This document shows, piece after piece, positions 39,895 to 49,347 of a DNA stretch of 64,000 nucleotides. Source of the stretch: an uncultured delta proteobacterium (GTDB lineage: Bacteria > Myxococcota_A > Polyangia > Fen-1088); assembly GCA_963767925.1 (NCBI GenBank), contig CAVYGB010000001.1, forward strand, positions 160,001 to 224,000, given 5' to 3'. Every line of letters starts with the position of its first letter. Positions within the stretch are counted from its first letter, which is position 1. The translations under genes were made by a program, and so were the position numbers. The notes beneath the pieces were generated by a model. The model saw only the letters and a list, made by a program, of their open reading frames with translations. It was not told the origin of the DNA and did not search any database.

Positions 39895-40590
39895 TCAACG
39901 GCCCGGCACCAGAAGCTTACCATTCACGAACACCAACCTCGGCTCGACGAGGGGGATGACCGTCTGGGTGTTCGCCTGCGCCCAAGCGCCGACTCCAATT
40001 CCCATCCCGATTCCGAGCCCGCTTTCCATCTGACCGGGCTGGCCCTCGACCGCGACAGGCCCGGCCGCGATCGCAAGACCGCCAGAATTCTGCCAGGTTT
40101 CGTGGTTGCCGTGGATGGTCCCGGCGTTCGAGACGGAGGCATTCACGCCGACACCAACGTTAACGCCCCATCCCGCCAGGGCCGAAGCCCCGAGCGAAAT
40201 CCCAAAACCACCGAAGCGATCCCACACCAGCCCCACCGAGCCGGTGGCGCCACCACCGAAGCCGAACGGGCTCAGGGGCACGGCCACGCTGCCTTCGATC
40301 GCAATCCCCGCCACCGGCTGACCGTTGGCCTGATGGTAGCCCTCCGACGGCGAAGTCAAGAGCTTCGGGGGTTGCAGGTGGGCAGGGATGCGGGCGTCCA
40401 GCGAAAGGGATGGCTCGGAGGGCAGGTCGACTCCATCCGTGCCGGCAGCGGCAGTCGCTTCGACGTTACTCCGTTCGACGTGGCCGTCCGGCGAGATCCA
40501 ATCGCCGCGCTGCTCGATGGCGTTGAGCGCGTCGCTGCTGAGTTGGTCACTTTCACGGCACACGGGTGCGTTGCTGTTCGTCCGCATGGA
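39895..40590 (-). pseudogene. Orphan polymorphic-toxin-like (Rhs-CT-like) Gly-rich C-terminal fragment
   Basis: GIAIEGSVAVP..GFGGGATGSVGLVWD..GFGISLG...GVGVNASVSNAGTI...; lower GC; no YD repeats retained. Confidence 0.4.
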
Positions 40591-41399
40591 TTCTCCCTGG
40601 AGGGCGCTCGGGTCATCGGATCGACCTGTCGCGGAGTTGCGCGTCCGCTGTGGATTTTCCCGTCTGCGCGAGGGGGGAGTGCGCAGGTTGTCGATCAGGG
40701 CCTTGTGATGGCGGCTCCGTCCCCGGCACGGGCGCTCGGCTCCATGCGGGCAGGGGCACTGCAGCCAATCCGGAGGAGCTCCAGCCGGGTGGTGGTCGTA
40801 CACAGGCGCTTGATCGAGCGCACGAATCCCAGCGGAGGAGCTTCCAAGCTGATCCAGCACTCCCACGCGTCCCCCTGCAGTTGGCGTCGGTAGCCCTTCG
40901 CCGTCAGGCTACGGCCGCCCACCTGGATGCGCTCGGTACCGACCCCGCCTTCGCGGCCAGGAAGTCGCCAAACAGCGGCCCCTCCGGCAGCAGCGCCGGA
41001 TTGGCTGCCCGTCACCCACCTGCAACTCGAGCGAGCGACCGGCTTCCGTTGCACCGGCCTCGCGAGGAACGAGAAGCAAAACAAGGCCGGCTGCCGAAAC
41101 GCAGGGCTCTGCACCGACACCCCCAGCACCCGGCCTTCGCCTGCATCGCCGACAAGGGCGAACCGATGAACGTCCTCTCCCGTGGGCCCTCATGCCGGTA
41201 CTCCGCCCGCGCCGAGGGCGACCTGCCGGAGGTCGATGGCAGGTCGCGTGGAGGGGACCAGGGGCAGGTATTGCCCCCGCGGCCCCGAAGGCAGCAGCGA
41301 CAACGCCACGGCTACCAGCACCACGGCCGGGCCCGGGGCCCCGCGCCGCGGCTCTAGCCCAGTCCTCAATGTTTTCCACGCTCCGGCTCGCTACGCAGG

Positions 41400-42060
41400 C
41401 GGCCGGGGCCTGTCGAGTCTGGTCGCCCCAAGTCGGCGGTGGCGCCACCCAGGCTGTCCTCTTGCGGCTGGAAGGCATCCCATCTCTGGACTGCCGCCTT
41501 CCGTACGGAAGCGGCCTGCGTCGGATGGAGGCGTCGGAACTGCGGGTGAAGGATCTCGACCAGGTGCGAGGTCCACCTTCGGGACGGAAGTGTCGCAGGG
41601 ATAGACGCACCATGCTTCCCCAGACCTGCGCTGGCCGCCGTGCCCACCTGGACGCAATTCGCGAGATCCATCGCGTCGATCTGCTCAAAGGCGCCGGCCG
41701 GGTCGCCCTGCCACCTGGCCGGCGGACGAAATATGGCCGCGCTCCCGCCGAGTGGCGCTGGAATGGTATTCCCCACCGCCCGTCACGACCGCGACGCCCG
41801 GACAGTCGAGGCCCGTCGTCACCACGTCTACCTTGATCCAGCGGGCTGTGCGAGAGGCTGTCCGAAGGCGATATCGCTAAGCCCGTCACCCCAACGCGTT
41901 TTGCTACAGCCTCCGCCACCCGCTGCTTTAGGACGGCCACGACCTCCGTACCATCCAGGAAATCCTTGGCCACAAGGATGTCGCGACTACCATGATCTAC
42001 ACCCACGTTACAAAGCGCGGCTCGCCGGCGTCCGCAGCCCTCTCGACTGCTGGCCTGAAT
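41400..42060 (+). pseudogene. intI: Integron integrase (IntI), heavily degraded with multiple frameshifts
   Basis: Across frames: YGSGLRRMEASELRVKDLD, DRRTMLP, HLDAIREIHRVDLLKGAGRVALP..TKYGRAPAEWRW (IntI-specific insertion), [44 protein letters not shown]. Confidence 0.85.
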
Positions 42061-42205
42061 CCGCAGTTCGCCACATCGCGGCCACTCCTGCCTTCCCGCT
42101 CTTTTCGGAGAGCTATTCATCGCCGTCGCCCCGGAAATGCGATCGTCTCGCGAACGGTGGCCGATGCTGATTCAAGGTCATGCCGACAGAAGAAATGGAT
42201 GGACG

Positions 42206-42706
42206 ATGACCGCACCGTACGAGACTCCGCCAGATGCCCTCGATCGCGAACTCGTCTTCGAGTTCGTCTGGCGCTTCTCGGTTTTCGAGTGTGCTCTTAA
42301 GCGCGAAGGCTTTCTACAACGAGTCGAAGGTGGCCGAGACGCTGCTCTGCCGGACTGGGACAGCTTTGCGAAATCAATCGTGGGCCGTTTCTCACGGGTG
42401 CGCGTGGACGGTTTTGAGGAAGCCAAGAAGTTCCTGGCCGCCCACCCTCCGCAGCAACAGGTCGTGTGCGACAATCAGCTGGCGTGGAAGCCCCTTGAGC
42501 AGAAGTCGGGAGAATCCCACGAGGTCTTTGTCATTCGATTAATCAAGACCGCGAGGAACAATCTGTTCCACGGTGGGAAGTATCCCGACGGTCCGATTGC
42601 CGAAGTCGCCCGCGACACATCCATTCTGCGAGCGGCGCTCAAGGTCCTTGAGGGGTGCTACGAGTTGCACTCCGGGATTGCTCGTCGGGTGAAAGAGGCA
42701 GCATGA
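42206..42706 (+). CDS. HEPN-domain protein (cassette-like gene)
   Basis: FSVFECALK..., RNNLFHGGK (RxxxxH HEPN motif); flanked by GTCATGC (42177) and GCATGAC (42701). Confidence 0.75.
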   Translation: MTAPYETPPDALDRELVFEFVWRFSVFECALKREGFLQRVEGGRDAALPDWDSFAKSIVGRFSRVRVDGFEEAKKFLAAHPPQQQVVCDNQLAWKPLEQKSGESHEVFVIRLIKTARNNLFHGGKYPDGPIAEVARDTSILRAALKVLEGCYELHSGIARRVKEAA

Positions 42707-42784
42707 CATCGAATCGCAGCCGGCGATCATCCTCACTCGCTTCGCTCCGTCGGCTGCTCGCCGCGGAATTCCAGGACGCCTTGC
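42701..42784 (+). other. Degenerate attC-like recombination site
   Basis: R'' GCATGAC, 5-nt spacer, L'' ATCGCAGC; stem GGCGAtCAtCC/GGCTGCTCGCC; loop with TCGCTTCGCTC; L' GCGGAAT; R' GCCTTGC. Confidence 0.65.
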
Positions 42785-42808
42785 GTTTACGATAGGAAAG
42801 GGGGAACG

Positions 42809-43276
42809 ATGGTTGGATCCGAGGCAGATGGGGACAGCGCGGTCCAGCGTGAAATCGAACCAGAGGTTCTTGCGGGTCTAGGGAGTCGACTCAGCGTTCA
42901 CCTGGCGCCCCAGTCGTTCCGGTTGGGAGATGGCTGCCGTGTCGAGATCGACGGTTGCAGTACGCACCCACCCGTGCTTTGTGAGGTCTTTGCTCACATG
43001 GGAGTTCTCCTTCCGGGCCAAAAGAAGAAGATCATTACGGATGCCTTTAAGCTCATTTATGCGGAGAAAGCTCTGGCGATCCAGGCTCACAAGATCTTGG
43101 CTCTCACGGACGACGCTGCTGCGGCGGCTCTGCGTGGCCGGGCTTGGTACGCCCAGGCGTTCACAGCACTCGGCATAGAAGTGCATGTCGTAAAACTAAG
43201 CGCTGCCTCCGAAGAGAGGCTTCGCGCTGCTCAAGGCAGGCAGGGACGGGCATTCAGGGCGAGACGTGTCGCATGA
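42809..43276 (+). CDS. Uncharacterised protein, probable PD-(D/E)xK-like nuclease fold (cassette-like gene)
   Basis: Strong purine RBS; DSAVQREIE, VEIDG...LCEVFAH.G....GQKKKIITDAFKL. The stop lies inside a GCATGAC box. Confidence 0.6.
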   Translation: MVGSEADGDSAVQREIEPEVLAGLGSRLSVHLAPQSFRLGDGCRVEIDGCSTHPPVLCEVFAHMGVLLPGQKKKIITDAFKLIYAEKALAIQAHKILALTDDAAAAALRGRAWYAQAFTALGIEVHVVKLSAASEERLRAAQGRQGRAFRARRVA

Positions 43277-43300
43277 CCGGGAATTCAGCGGACGCCTACC
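43271..43300 (+). other. Left half of a degenerate attC-like site
   Basis: GCATGAC-cggga-ATTCAGCGGACG; the right half is not recognisable. Confidence 0.45.
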
Positions 43301-43838
43301 CTTCGTTGCCTCGCTTGAGCGAGTGTTTCACGAGGTCTTGAACCGCCTATTCTTGTCGGAGTGTGGGCGCTGGGAGGGGGGCGTACAATGGCCAGGCGAC
43401 AAACAGTTCAAGCGGGGTTGGTGGCTTTCATTGGATGCCTCTTGACGACCGGATCCTCAGCGGAGGTAGGTGCGTCCGCTGATCGGCACGTGCGCTTCCA
43501 AATCGTCGACGAAGACTGTTCGCGCATGGCTACGTCACTGGGTGCCAGGATTGTCGAATCCGGTCCTGGCAGTCCTAGAAATCCCCTCAGTGTCGCCACC
43601 GGCCTGCGCAGCCCCACTTTTCCACCGGAGCCAACGGGTGCCCAGGAGCCGAACACCCGCGGCACGTCCTCGCCCGGATGACCCGCGGAACGCCCCGAAT
43701 GGGGCCGACTCAGACTCGTCAATAGAGCGAGGTCGTCTCGCGCCTGCGTTGTTTAAGCGCGCGCCATGAGCGCTGGGCGAAGAACGGTCCCAAAATCACC
43801 GGGGATCCCGGGCACCGGTGATGCCGGTGGTAGTGGTA

Positions 43839-45764
43839 GTGCGCCGGGATAAACCGGCAGAGAGGAGAGAATGAGAGAGTCTCACGTCGAAGGAGTAGCG
43901 ACCCACGACGGCCCCGAGTCATGCGGTGGCGCCCGCGAGGACGCCGTCGAAGCGTTGGACAGGGGCACAAGCGGGCCGGGTATTGAGCCGCGAAATCCAC
44001 TCATCCAGGACGCCGACGCCGTTACCATGGGCGGAAGGCAACACGACTCGCATCGCAAACGCGAGATGCGGGACGGTCCTGCGCGGTCGGAGACCCCGTG
44101 CACGCAGGGAACCTCTCTGCACGAGAACCGGGAGAGCTGCGCGTTGCCTGTCGCGATGGTGCGGCAGGACGTGCCGGAAAGGCCCAAAGGCCGTACGCCG
44201 GTGATGCACAACTCGCAGCAGTCAGACGGGCTCATAGTACCGATGAAGCCTCCGAACGAAACCGGTAGTACAACGGTGGAGGAGGGGGTGGAGGGAAGGA
44301 GCCCGGCCAAGGGGAACACGGCTGAGCAAAACGCGCCCCGGACTCAGTGCCGGACCAGCGCGCCGAGTGCGCTTAACCGTGTGCAAGAAGCAGCACGAAA
44401 GGACAGGAAGCAACGGTTCACAGCGCTTCTGCACCATGTGACCGTCGACCGGCTCCGGGATGCATACCACGCGCTCAAGCGCAAGGCCGCGGCCGGAGTC
44501 GACGGCGTAACGTGGAGCGAGTATGGGCAGGATCTCGAGGCAAGCCTTGCGGACCTGCACGCACGAGTTCATCGCGGAGCGTACCGAGCGAAACCTTCGA
44601 GGAGGGTGTACATCCCGAAACCCGACGGTCGACAGAGGCCGCTGGGGATTGCTGCGCTGGAGGACAAGATCGTCCAGCGCGCAGTCGTCGAGGTGCTCAA
44701 TGCCATCTACGAAACAGACTTCCTCGGCTTCTCGTACGGATTCCGCCAGGGGCGCGGCCAGCATGATGCATTGGACGCGCTCGCAACGGGTATCACGCGC
44801 AAGAAGGTGAACTGGGTGCTCGACGCCGACATCCGTAGTTTCTTCGACACCATCGACCACGAATGGATGGTGAAGTTTGTCGAGCATCGCATCGCGGACA
44901 AGAGGGTCGTGCGGCTGATCCAGAAATGGCTGGCCGCCGGCGTACTCGAGCACGAAGAGTGGTCGGCCTCAGAGGAAGGGGTACCGCAAGGCGCGACGGT
45001 TTCGCCGCTCCTCGCGAACATCTACCTTCATTACGTGATCGACCTCTGGGTCCAACATTGGAGGAACAACATAGCGTGCGGCGAGATGATCGTCGTACGG
45101 TATGCCGACGATTTCGTGCTGGGTTTCCAACACGAAAGAGACGCGGTCCGATTCCGGGCCGACCTCCAGCAACGTCTCGAGCAGTTCGGACTTGGGTTGC
45201 ACCCCGAGAAGACGCGGCCTATCCGGTTCGGAAGATACGCGGAGCAGCAGCGTCGGGAACGGGGGCTTGGGAAACCAGAAACATTCGATTTTCTCGGCTT
45301 CTCACACGTGAGTGCGAAGTCGAGGGACCGAAAGTATCGGCTCCTCCGGCGCACCTCAAAGAAACGAATGCGGGCGAAGCTGCAGGGTATCCGCAAGGAC
45401 ATCATGCGGCGACGTCACCAGGCCCTCGAAGCGCAGGGCCAGTGGCTCGGGAGCGTGGTTCGCGGATACTTCGCGTACCACGCAGTACCCATGAACATCT
45501 CCAGGTTGAGCAGTTTTCGGGCCGAGGTCATCCGCGCTTGGCATCGCGCTCTTCGGAGACGAGGTCAGCGAGACCGGGCTGGCTGGAGTCGGATGAACAA
45601 GCTGGCTCGGCGATGGCTCCCCGTCCCGCGACGCCTACATCCACATCCCTGGGAACGCTTCGACGCCAGAACCCAAGGCGGGAGCCGAGTGCGGTAATTC
45701 CGCCCGCTCGGATCTGTGCGGGGGGCGGCCCAAGATTCACGTCGAGGGCCGTCCCTACCGCGAT
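43839..45764 (+). mobile_element. Group II intron (IIB, bacterial class E-like), apparently intact
   Basis: 5' GTGCG at 43839; DV GGGAGCCGAGTGCGGTAATTCCGCCCGCTCGGATCTGTGCGGGG at about 45680-45725; DVI ending CCCTACCGCGAT at 45764; encloses the RT ORF. Confidence 0.9.
44204..45697 (+). CDS. ltrA: Group II intron reverse transcriptase/maturase, no endonuclease domain
   Basis: RFTALLHH, AAGVDG, YIPKPDGRQRPLGI, FSYGFR, DADI..FFDTIDH, GVPQG..SPLLANIYLH, YADD, FDFLGF, maturase X domain. The frame is open from 43871. Confidence 0.95.
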   Translation: MHNSQQSDGLIVPMKPPNETGSTTVEEGVEGRSPAKGNTAEQNAPRTQCRTSAPSALNRVQEAARKDRKQRFTALLHHVTVDRLRDAYHALKRKAAAGVDGVTWSEYGQDLEASLADLHARVHRGAYRAKPSRRVYIPKPDGRQRPLGIAALEDKIVQRAVVEVLNAIYETDFLGFSYGFRQGRGQHDALDALATGITRKKVNWVLDADIRSFFDTIDHEWMVKFVEHRIADKRVVRLIQKWLAAGVLEHEEWSASEEGVPQGATVSPLLANIYLHYVIDLWVQHWRNNIACGEMIVVRYADDFVLGFQHERDAVRFRADLQQRLEQFGLGLHPEKTRPIRFGRYAEQQRRERGLGKPETFDFLGFSHVSAKSRDRKYRLLRRTSKKRMRAKLQGIRKDIMRRRHQALEAQGQWLGSVVRGYFAYHAVPMNISRLSSFRAEVIRAWHRALRRRGQRDRAGWSRMNKLARRWLPVPRRLHPHPWERFDARTQGGSRVR

Positions 45765-46312
45765 CCCGGTGAGGCCGGAGGCGACACCAGGGTGGCGAGC
45801 TCGACGCCGGCGTCCTTCTCCGCGGCTTGCTCGACGGCGTGTTCCAGATCCACGCCCGCCCGAGCGAGGAAGAACAGATCGATCAGGTCACGAATCTCCG
45901 CGCGGCCGAGCGTGGCGCAGATCTTGTTGGCCGCGATGTCTTCCAGACTGTCGATCACGGCGCCATCGATGCGAGGTTTTTCCCTGGTTAGCTGCGGGGC
46001 GGAATCGTGAACCAAGTCTACTTTGAGATGTTCGCCATCTACGACGGCCTGAAGCTCCACGAAGCCGGGGTACTCCCTCACGATCTCTGCCTTTCCCTCG
46101 AGGTCGGCGACCGCGCTGTCGACCAGGCGTCTGCCGTGAGTGAAGGTCTCGGCCGTGACTGTAAAAAAGTCGAGATCGGCGCTGGTGCGGTGGTGGAGGT
46201 AGTAGCCCGAGAGCGCAGAGCCGCCGGTCAAGAAGAATTGATCCGTCCGGGAGAAGAAGGCCTCGATCAGCCTTTGCTGGGCGAAGCTGAGACCTTTACG
46301 GGATGAGGCCAT
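45755..46312 (-). pseudogene. AbiEii/AbiGii-type nucleotidyltransferase toxin, 3'-truncated
   Basis: FFLTGGSAL..YYLHHRTSADLDFF, DIAANKI, RAEIRDLIDL, KDAG. The family-like sequence ends near 45790 and the stop falls inside the intron end. Confidence 0.75.
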
Positions 46313-46592
46313 CGGCGCGCCAGCGGTCCAGGATCCAGGTCCAGAAGGCGCGTCGGCGGCCCAGCCTGGCCGCCAGCAGCGGCCACCGCACCAGGATGTC
46401 GTCGAGCGTGACGAAGCGCCAGACGTCGTCGAAGCGCGCGTCTCGAAGGACGCGCGCTGTCCAGGTCAGCCTTTCGTCCGGGTCCGCGTCGCTCAAGCGG
46501 CCGCGAAGCTCCGCCACCGTCAGGGGCTGGTCCCAGACGAAATAGGGTTGCGCATCGTCGGAGTCGAGTGCGCGGCTGCACGCCGGGCGCAT
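46296..46592 (-). CDS. Putative antitoxin partner of the AbiEii-type toxin
   Basis: PYFVWDQPLTV.ELR..L, ARVLRDARFDDVWRFV, LGRRRAFW; overlaps the toxin start. Confidence 0.7.
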   Translation of the reverse strand: MRPACSRALDSDDAQPYFVWDQPLTVAELRGRLSDADPDERLTWTARVLRDARFDDVWRFVTLDDILVRWPLLAARLGRRRAFWTWILDRWRADGLIP

Positions 46593-47449
46593 CCTGCCAG
46601 TTTAGCATTTGTCGGCCTCGTCGGTGGGACGCAGGTAGGGGGCCGCTTCGAGGGAGAGCTGGGCGAAGGTACGGGCGAACAGCGGCAGGCGGAGGCCGAC
46701 CCCCAGGCCCAGGCCGACAACGGTCGAGCGGCGGAGGCCCTGGCGCTCGATCTGCTGCCACCAGCGCTGCACTTCGCCGAACACGAACGCGCGCAGGTCG
46801 ACTCGGGAGAAGGCGCGCTCGTAGGCCAGGACCAGGCCTCCACCGAGGGCGGTGGTGGCGACCCTCGTGTCGACGGCGGCGAAGCGCGCCAGCCTAGCGC
46901 ACCGTCTTCGAACAGCATCAATCATTCGGCGACGATCCTGCGCCCCCGCTTCGTTGCTCCTCCTCGGAATATGCCCGATATTCGTCGTTGTCGCGCCTCG
47001 CGGGGAGGCAGGCTTGTCGCCGCCTGATTGACGCTACTTCGAAGACGGTGCACGAGCAGGCGCAGGCCCAGCTCGAACGAGCCGAGCTGCGCGCCCAGGT
47101 AGAGGCGGGTCAGCGGGGCGGCGGCGCCGCCGCGGTGGGGCGGAGAGGACAGGCCAGCGCCGCCAGCGAAGCGCGCTGGTGGATCTCCAGCTCCTCCCCC
47201 TTGAGGTCAGCTCCTCCCCCTTGAGGGCGTCATCGGGGGACCCTCCAGTCCCCTGGCTGCTGGCATTTCAGGTCAACGAAGCGAAAAGGTCCACACTCTT
47301 GAACAAGGTGCCCGCGCCCTCGGCCGCCACGATGCGATGGTGTCCCGATCCGCTGGCCGCTGCCGAACTTCAAATCTGGGCGGACCGAAGACCGATTGAT
47401 CTCTTCGAACTCTCGGACGCCTCGACCGCATGTATGGAGCAGAAAAGAC

Positions 47450-47818
47450 ATGTCTCGGAACATCGAAACCGTCAACACCTACCTGGACGGCTTCCGCAAG
47501 AACGATCACGCGCAGATCCTGTCCTGCCTGACCGACGATATCGAGTGGACCGTCTTCGGTGCGTTTCATCTGACGGGCAAGGAGGCCTATGACCGCGCCA
47601 TCGACGGCGCGCCCGAGTTCATCGACCCTCCGGAACTGAAAGTCGTGCGCATGGTCGAGCAGGGAGATGTCGTCATGGCAGAGCTCACCGGCGTGGCGAG
47701 GCGAGCCGCAGGCGGCGAGATGCGCATGTCCATGGCCGAGGTATTCGTCATGCGAGACGGCAAGATCGCCGAGCGGCGCGCCTGGGTGATTCCTCTCAGC
47801 GAGAACGACTACCGCTGA
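47450..47818 (+). CDS. SnoaL-like / NTF2 family protein
   Basis: YLDGF..NDHAQILSCLTDDIEW..., EVFVMRDGKI.ERRAW. Confidence 0.88.
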   Translation: MSRNIETVNTYLDGFRKNDHAQILSCLTDDIEWTVFGAFHLTGKEAYDRAIDGAPEFIDPPELKVVRMVEQGDVVMAELTGVARRAAGGEMRMSMAEVFVMRDGKIAERRAWVIPLSENDYR

Positions 47819-48058
47819 TCGCGTGCGCGCCTGGTCGTCTTCGCCGGACTTGGCCCCCGGGCAATCAGCGTGGTCTCACCAGTACCTACGCAAGCTGGGA
47901 GCCTGGGGGTCCCAGCTATGGAGACGTTTCCCTGTCTGGATCGCTTGGCTCGCCAGCGATCTCGCGGTCCTCGGAGCAGTGGGCGATGCGATCAACATCC
48001 GTCCTGCGGCCCGGCTCTCCGCCGGTTCGGCCGGTCTGACCGGGTTATACTGATCGTC

Positions 48059-48298
48059 ATGGCGCAGCCCCTGCCCATGCCGCCCCCCGGCTTCGACGAA
48101 CTCCCCGTGGAGGAGAAGATCGATTACGTCCAGGCCTTGTGGGACAGGATCGCGACAAACGCCGACCACCTACCTCTCCGGGATTGGCAGCGTCTGATTC
48201 TGGAAGAGCGGCTAGCCGCTCATCGCACTACGCCAAGCGAGGCGCGCCCCTGGCGGGACGTCCTGGACGGCCTCGAGCGTCGGCTGAAGACGCGATGA
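48059..48298 (+). CDS. Addiction module antitoxin component (TIGR02574-like)
   Basis: PPPGFDELPVEEKIDYVQALWDRI...WQ..IL.ERL......PW. Confidence 0.85.
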   Translation: MAQPLPMPPPGFDELPVEEKIDYVQALWDRIATNADHLPLRDWQRLILEERLAAHRTTPSEARPWRDVLDGLERRLKTR

Positions 48299-48387
48299 CC
48301 GAGCTGCGCGTTCGCCCCGAAGCCAGGCGAACCAGGACGCTCTTCATATTGCGGTCGCAGCCGCTCACGGCCTGGACTACCCGCTAA
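48295..48387 (+). pseudogene. RelE/ParE toxin remnant (internal deletion)
   Basis: ATGA overlap; MTELRVRPEAR N-terminus joined to a P..W..R* type C-terminus; only 30 aa. Confidence 0.55.
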
Positions 48388-48507
48388 CATGGAATTGCCG
48401 GCAATTCGCGAATGCGACGATGCGCGCCCGAATCGGAGCAAGCTGTGTCGATGCCGGCTGCGAGGCTCCGGTGATCTTGTGCGCCGGAAGAGCTGCTGGA
48501 GGGCTGA
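48384..48507 (+). pseudogene. 3' remnant of a PIN-domain toxin
   Basis: LTWNCRQFANATMRARI...C..AG...PVI(C)APEELLEG*, matching the LTWNCxHxAN...ICTPEEL PIN subfamily end; one frameshift. Confidence 0.65.
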
Positions 48508-48509
48508 CC

Positions 48510-48704
48510 ATGCCGTGGAAAGACGAAATGATTGAAGGGGTAAGGAAGGCCCGTCGAGAGATCGGCGAGGCCCACGGAAACAACCTCCGTCGCGTTGTCG
48601 AGTATTTGCGGCAGAGGGAGCATGCGTCCAAGCGCAGCGTCGTAACCTTTGCACCGCGACCTCCTCGGCGGACAAAGAACGTGTCTGGAGCGACCGCCAA
48701 GTAG
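48510..48704 (+). CDS. Small protein typically paired downstream of that PIN subfamily (antitoxin-like)
   Basis: MPWKDEMIEGVRKARREI...HGNNLRRVVEYLRQRE. Confidence 0.6.
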   Translation: MPWKDEMIEGVRKARREIGEAHGNNLRRVVEYLRQREHASKRSVVTFAPRPPRRTKNVSGATAK

Positions 48705-48829
48705 CGGGCGCCGCCCACGCTGATCTCTGCGGGTCGAGCGCGAGCGCAGACGAGATCGCGGGCCTCCAAGAACCCTTCTGAGTCTGGCGGGCGCCTTCGT
48801 AGAGCTGCGATGAGGATGACTCGCCGGCC

Positions 48830-48913
48830 GGATGACCGCGCGTTATAGACGGACGACGACTTCTCGCGCTCCGCCCGGTCTCTTTTCTCCGCTGAACGCG
48901 GAGATCGTTACGC
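48830..48913 (+). other. attC-like recombination site
   Basis: R'' GGATGAC, L'' CGTTATAG-ACGGACGA ... L' CGCTGAACG, R' GTTACGC; 84 bp. Confidence 0.65.
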
Positions 48914-49347
48914 CGAGTCGCCGTCCTTCTCCTCGATGTCTCGTGCACGCGAGACTACATCACCGCTACGGGCTCCAATAGTCGTCGCCGGTGAACGGTT
49001 GCGTGGCGCCGCGCGCGCGATCACGGCCGCGATCTTCGATCAGGTCCCATGGACGGGTGACACACTTGCTTGTTCTGGTCCTTCGCTGGAAGTTCGAAAC
49101 CCTTCCTCAGGATTTTGAGGGCTCAATCGGCGTTTCGATCCTGCTGATGGTCGTCTGGCCCACGCGAGTCCTGAGTCGATCGTGATCGCCGTTGCGTCGC
49201 CGACGCGCTTGCAGCCACCGAGGCGGGGCGAGCGCCGCAGTCGGCTCGGTTTTCTCGCGGTTGGTCCGTTTGTCGCAAAGGCGATCACCTGCTTCCGATC
49301 ACGTCGGGAGCTTCGGGGGGTCCGTGTACGAACAGAAAGCGAGCGAC

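Noticed and set aside
43388..43681. Third cassette ORF as a functional gene
   Set aside because: It has a signal-like start and ends in a GGATGAC box, but the body looks frameshifted or low-information; no product can be supported.
43871..45697. Retron, DGR or defence-associated RT
   Set aside because: It has a maturase domain, a GTGCG 5' end and DV/DVI, so it is an ordinary group II intron.
46602..46925. ORF upstream of the AbiE-like pair
   Set aside because: Looks like a gene fragment, with no start context or family motif that I can support.
47188..47226. 20-bp tandem duplication CAGCTCCTCCCCCTTGAGG
   Set aside because: Only two copies with no element between them; a likely slippage scar.
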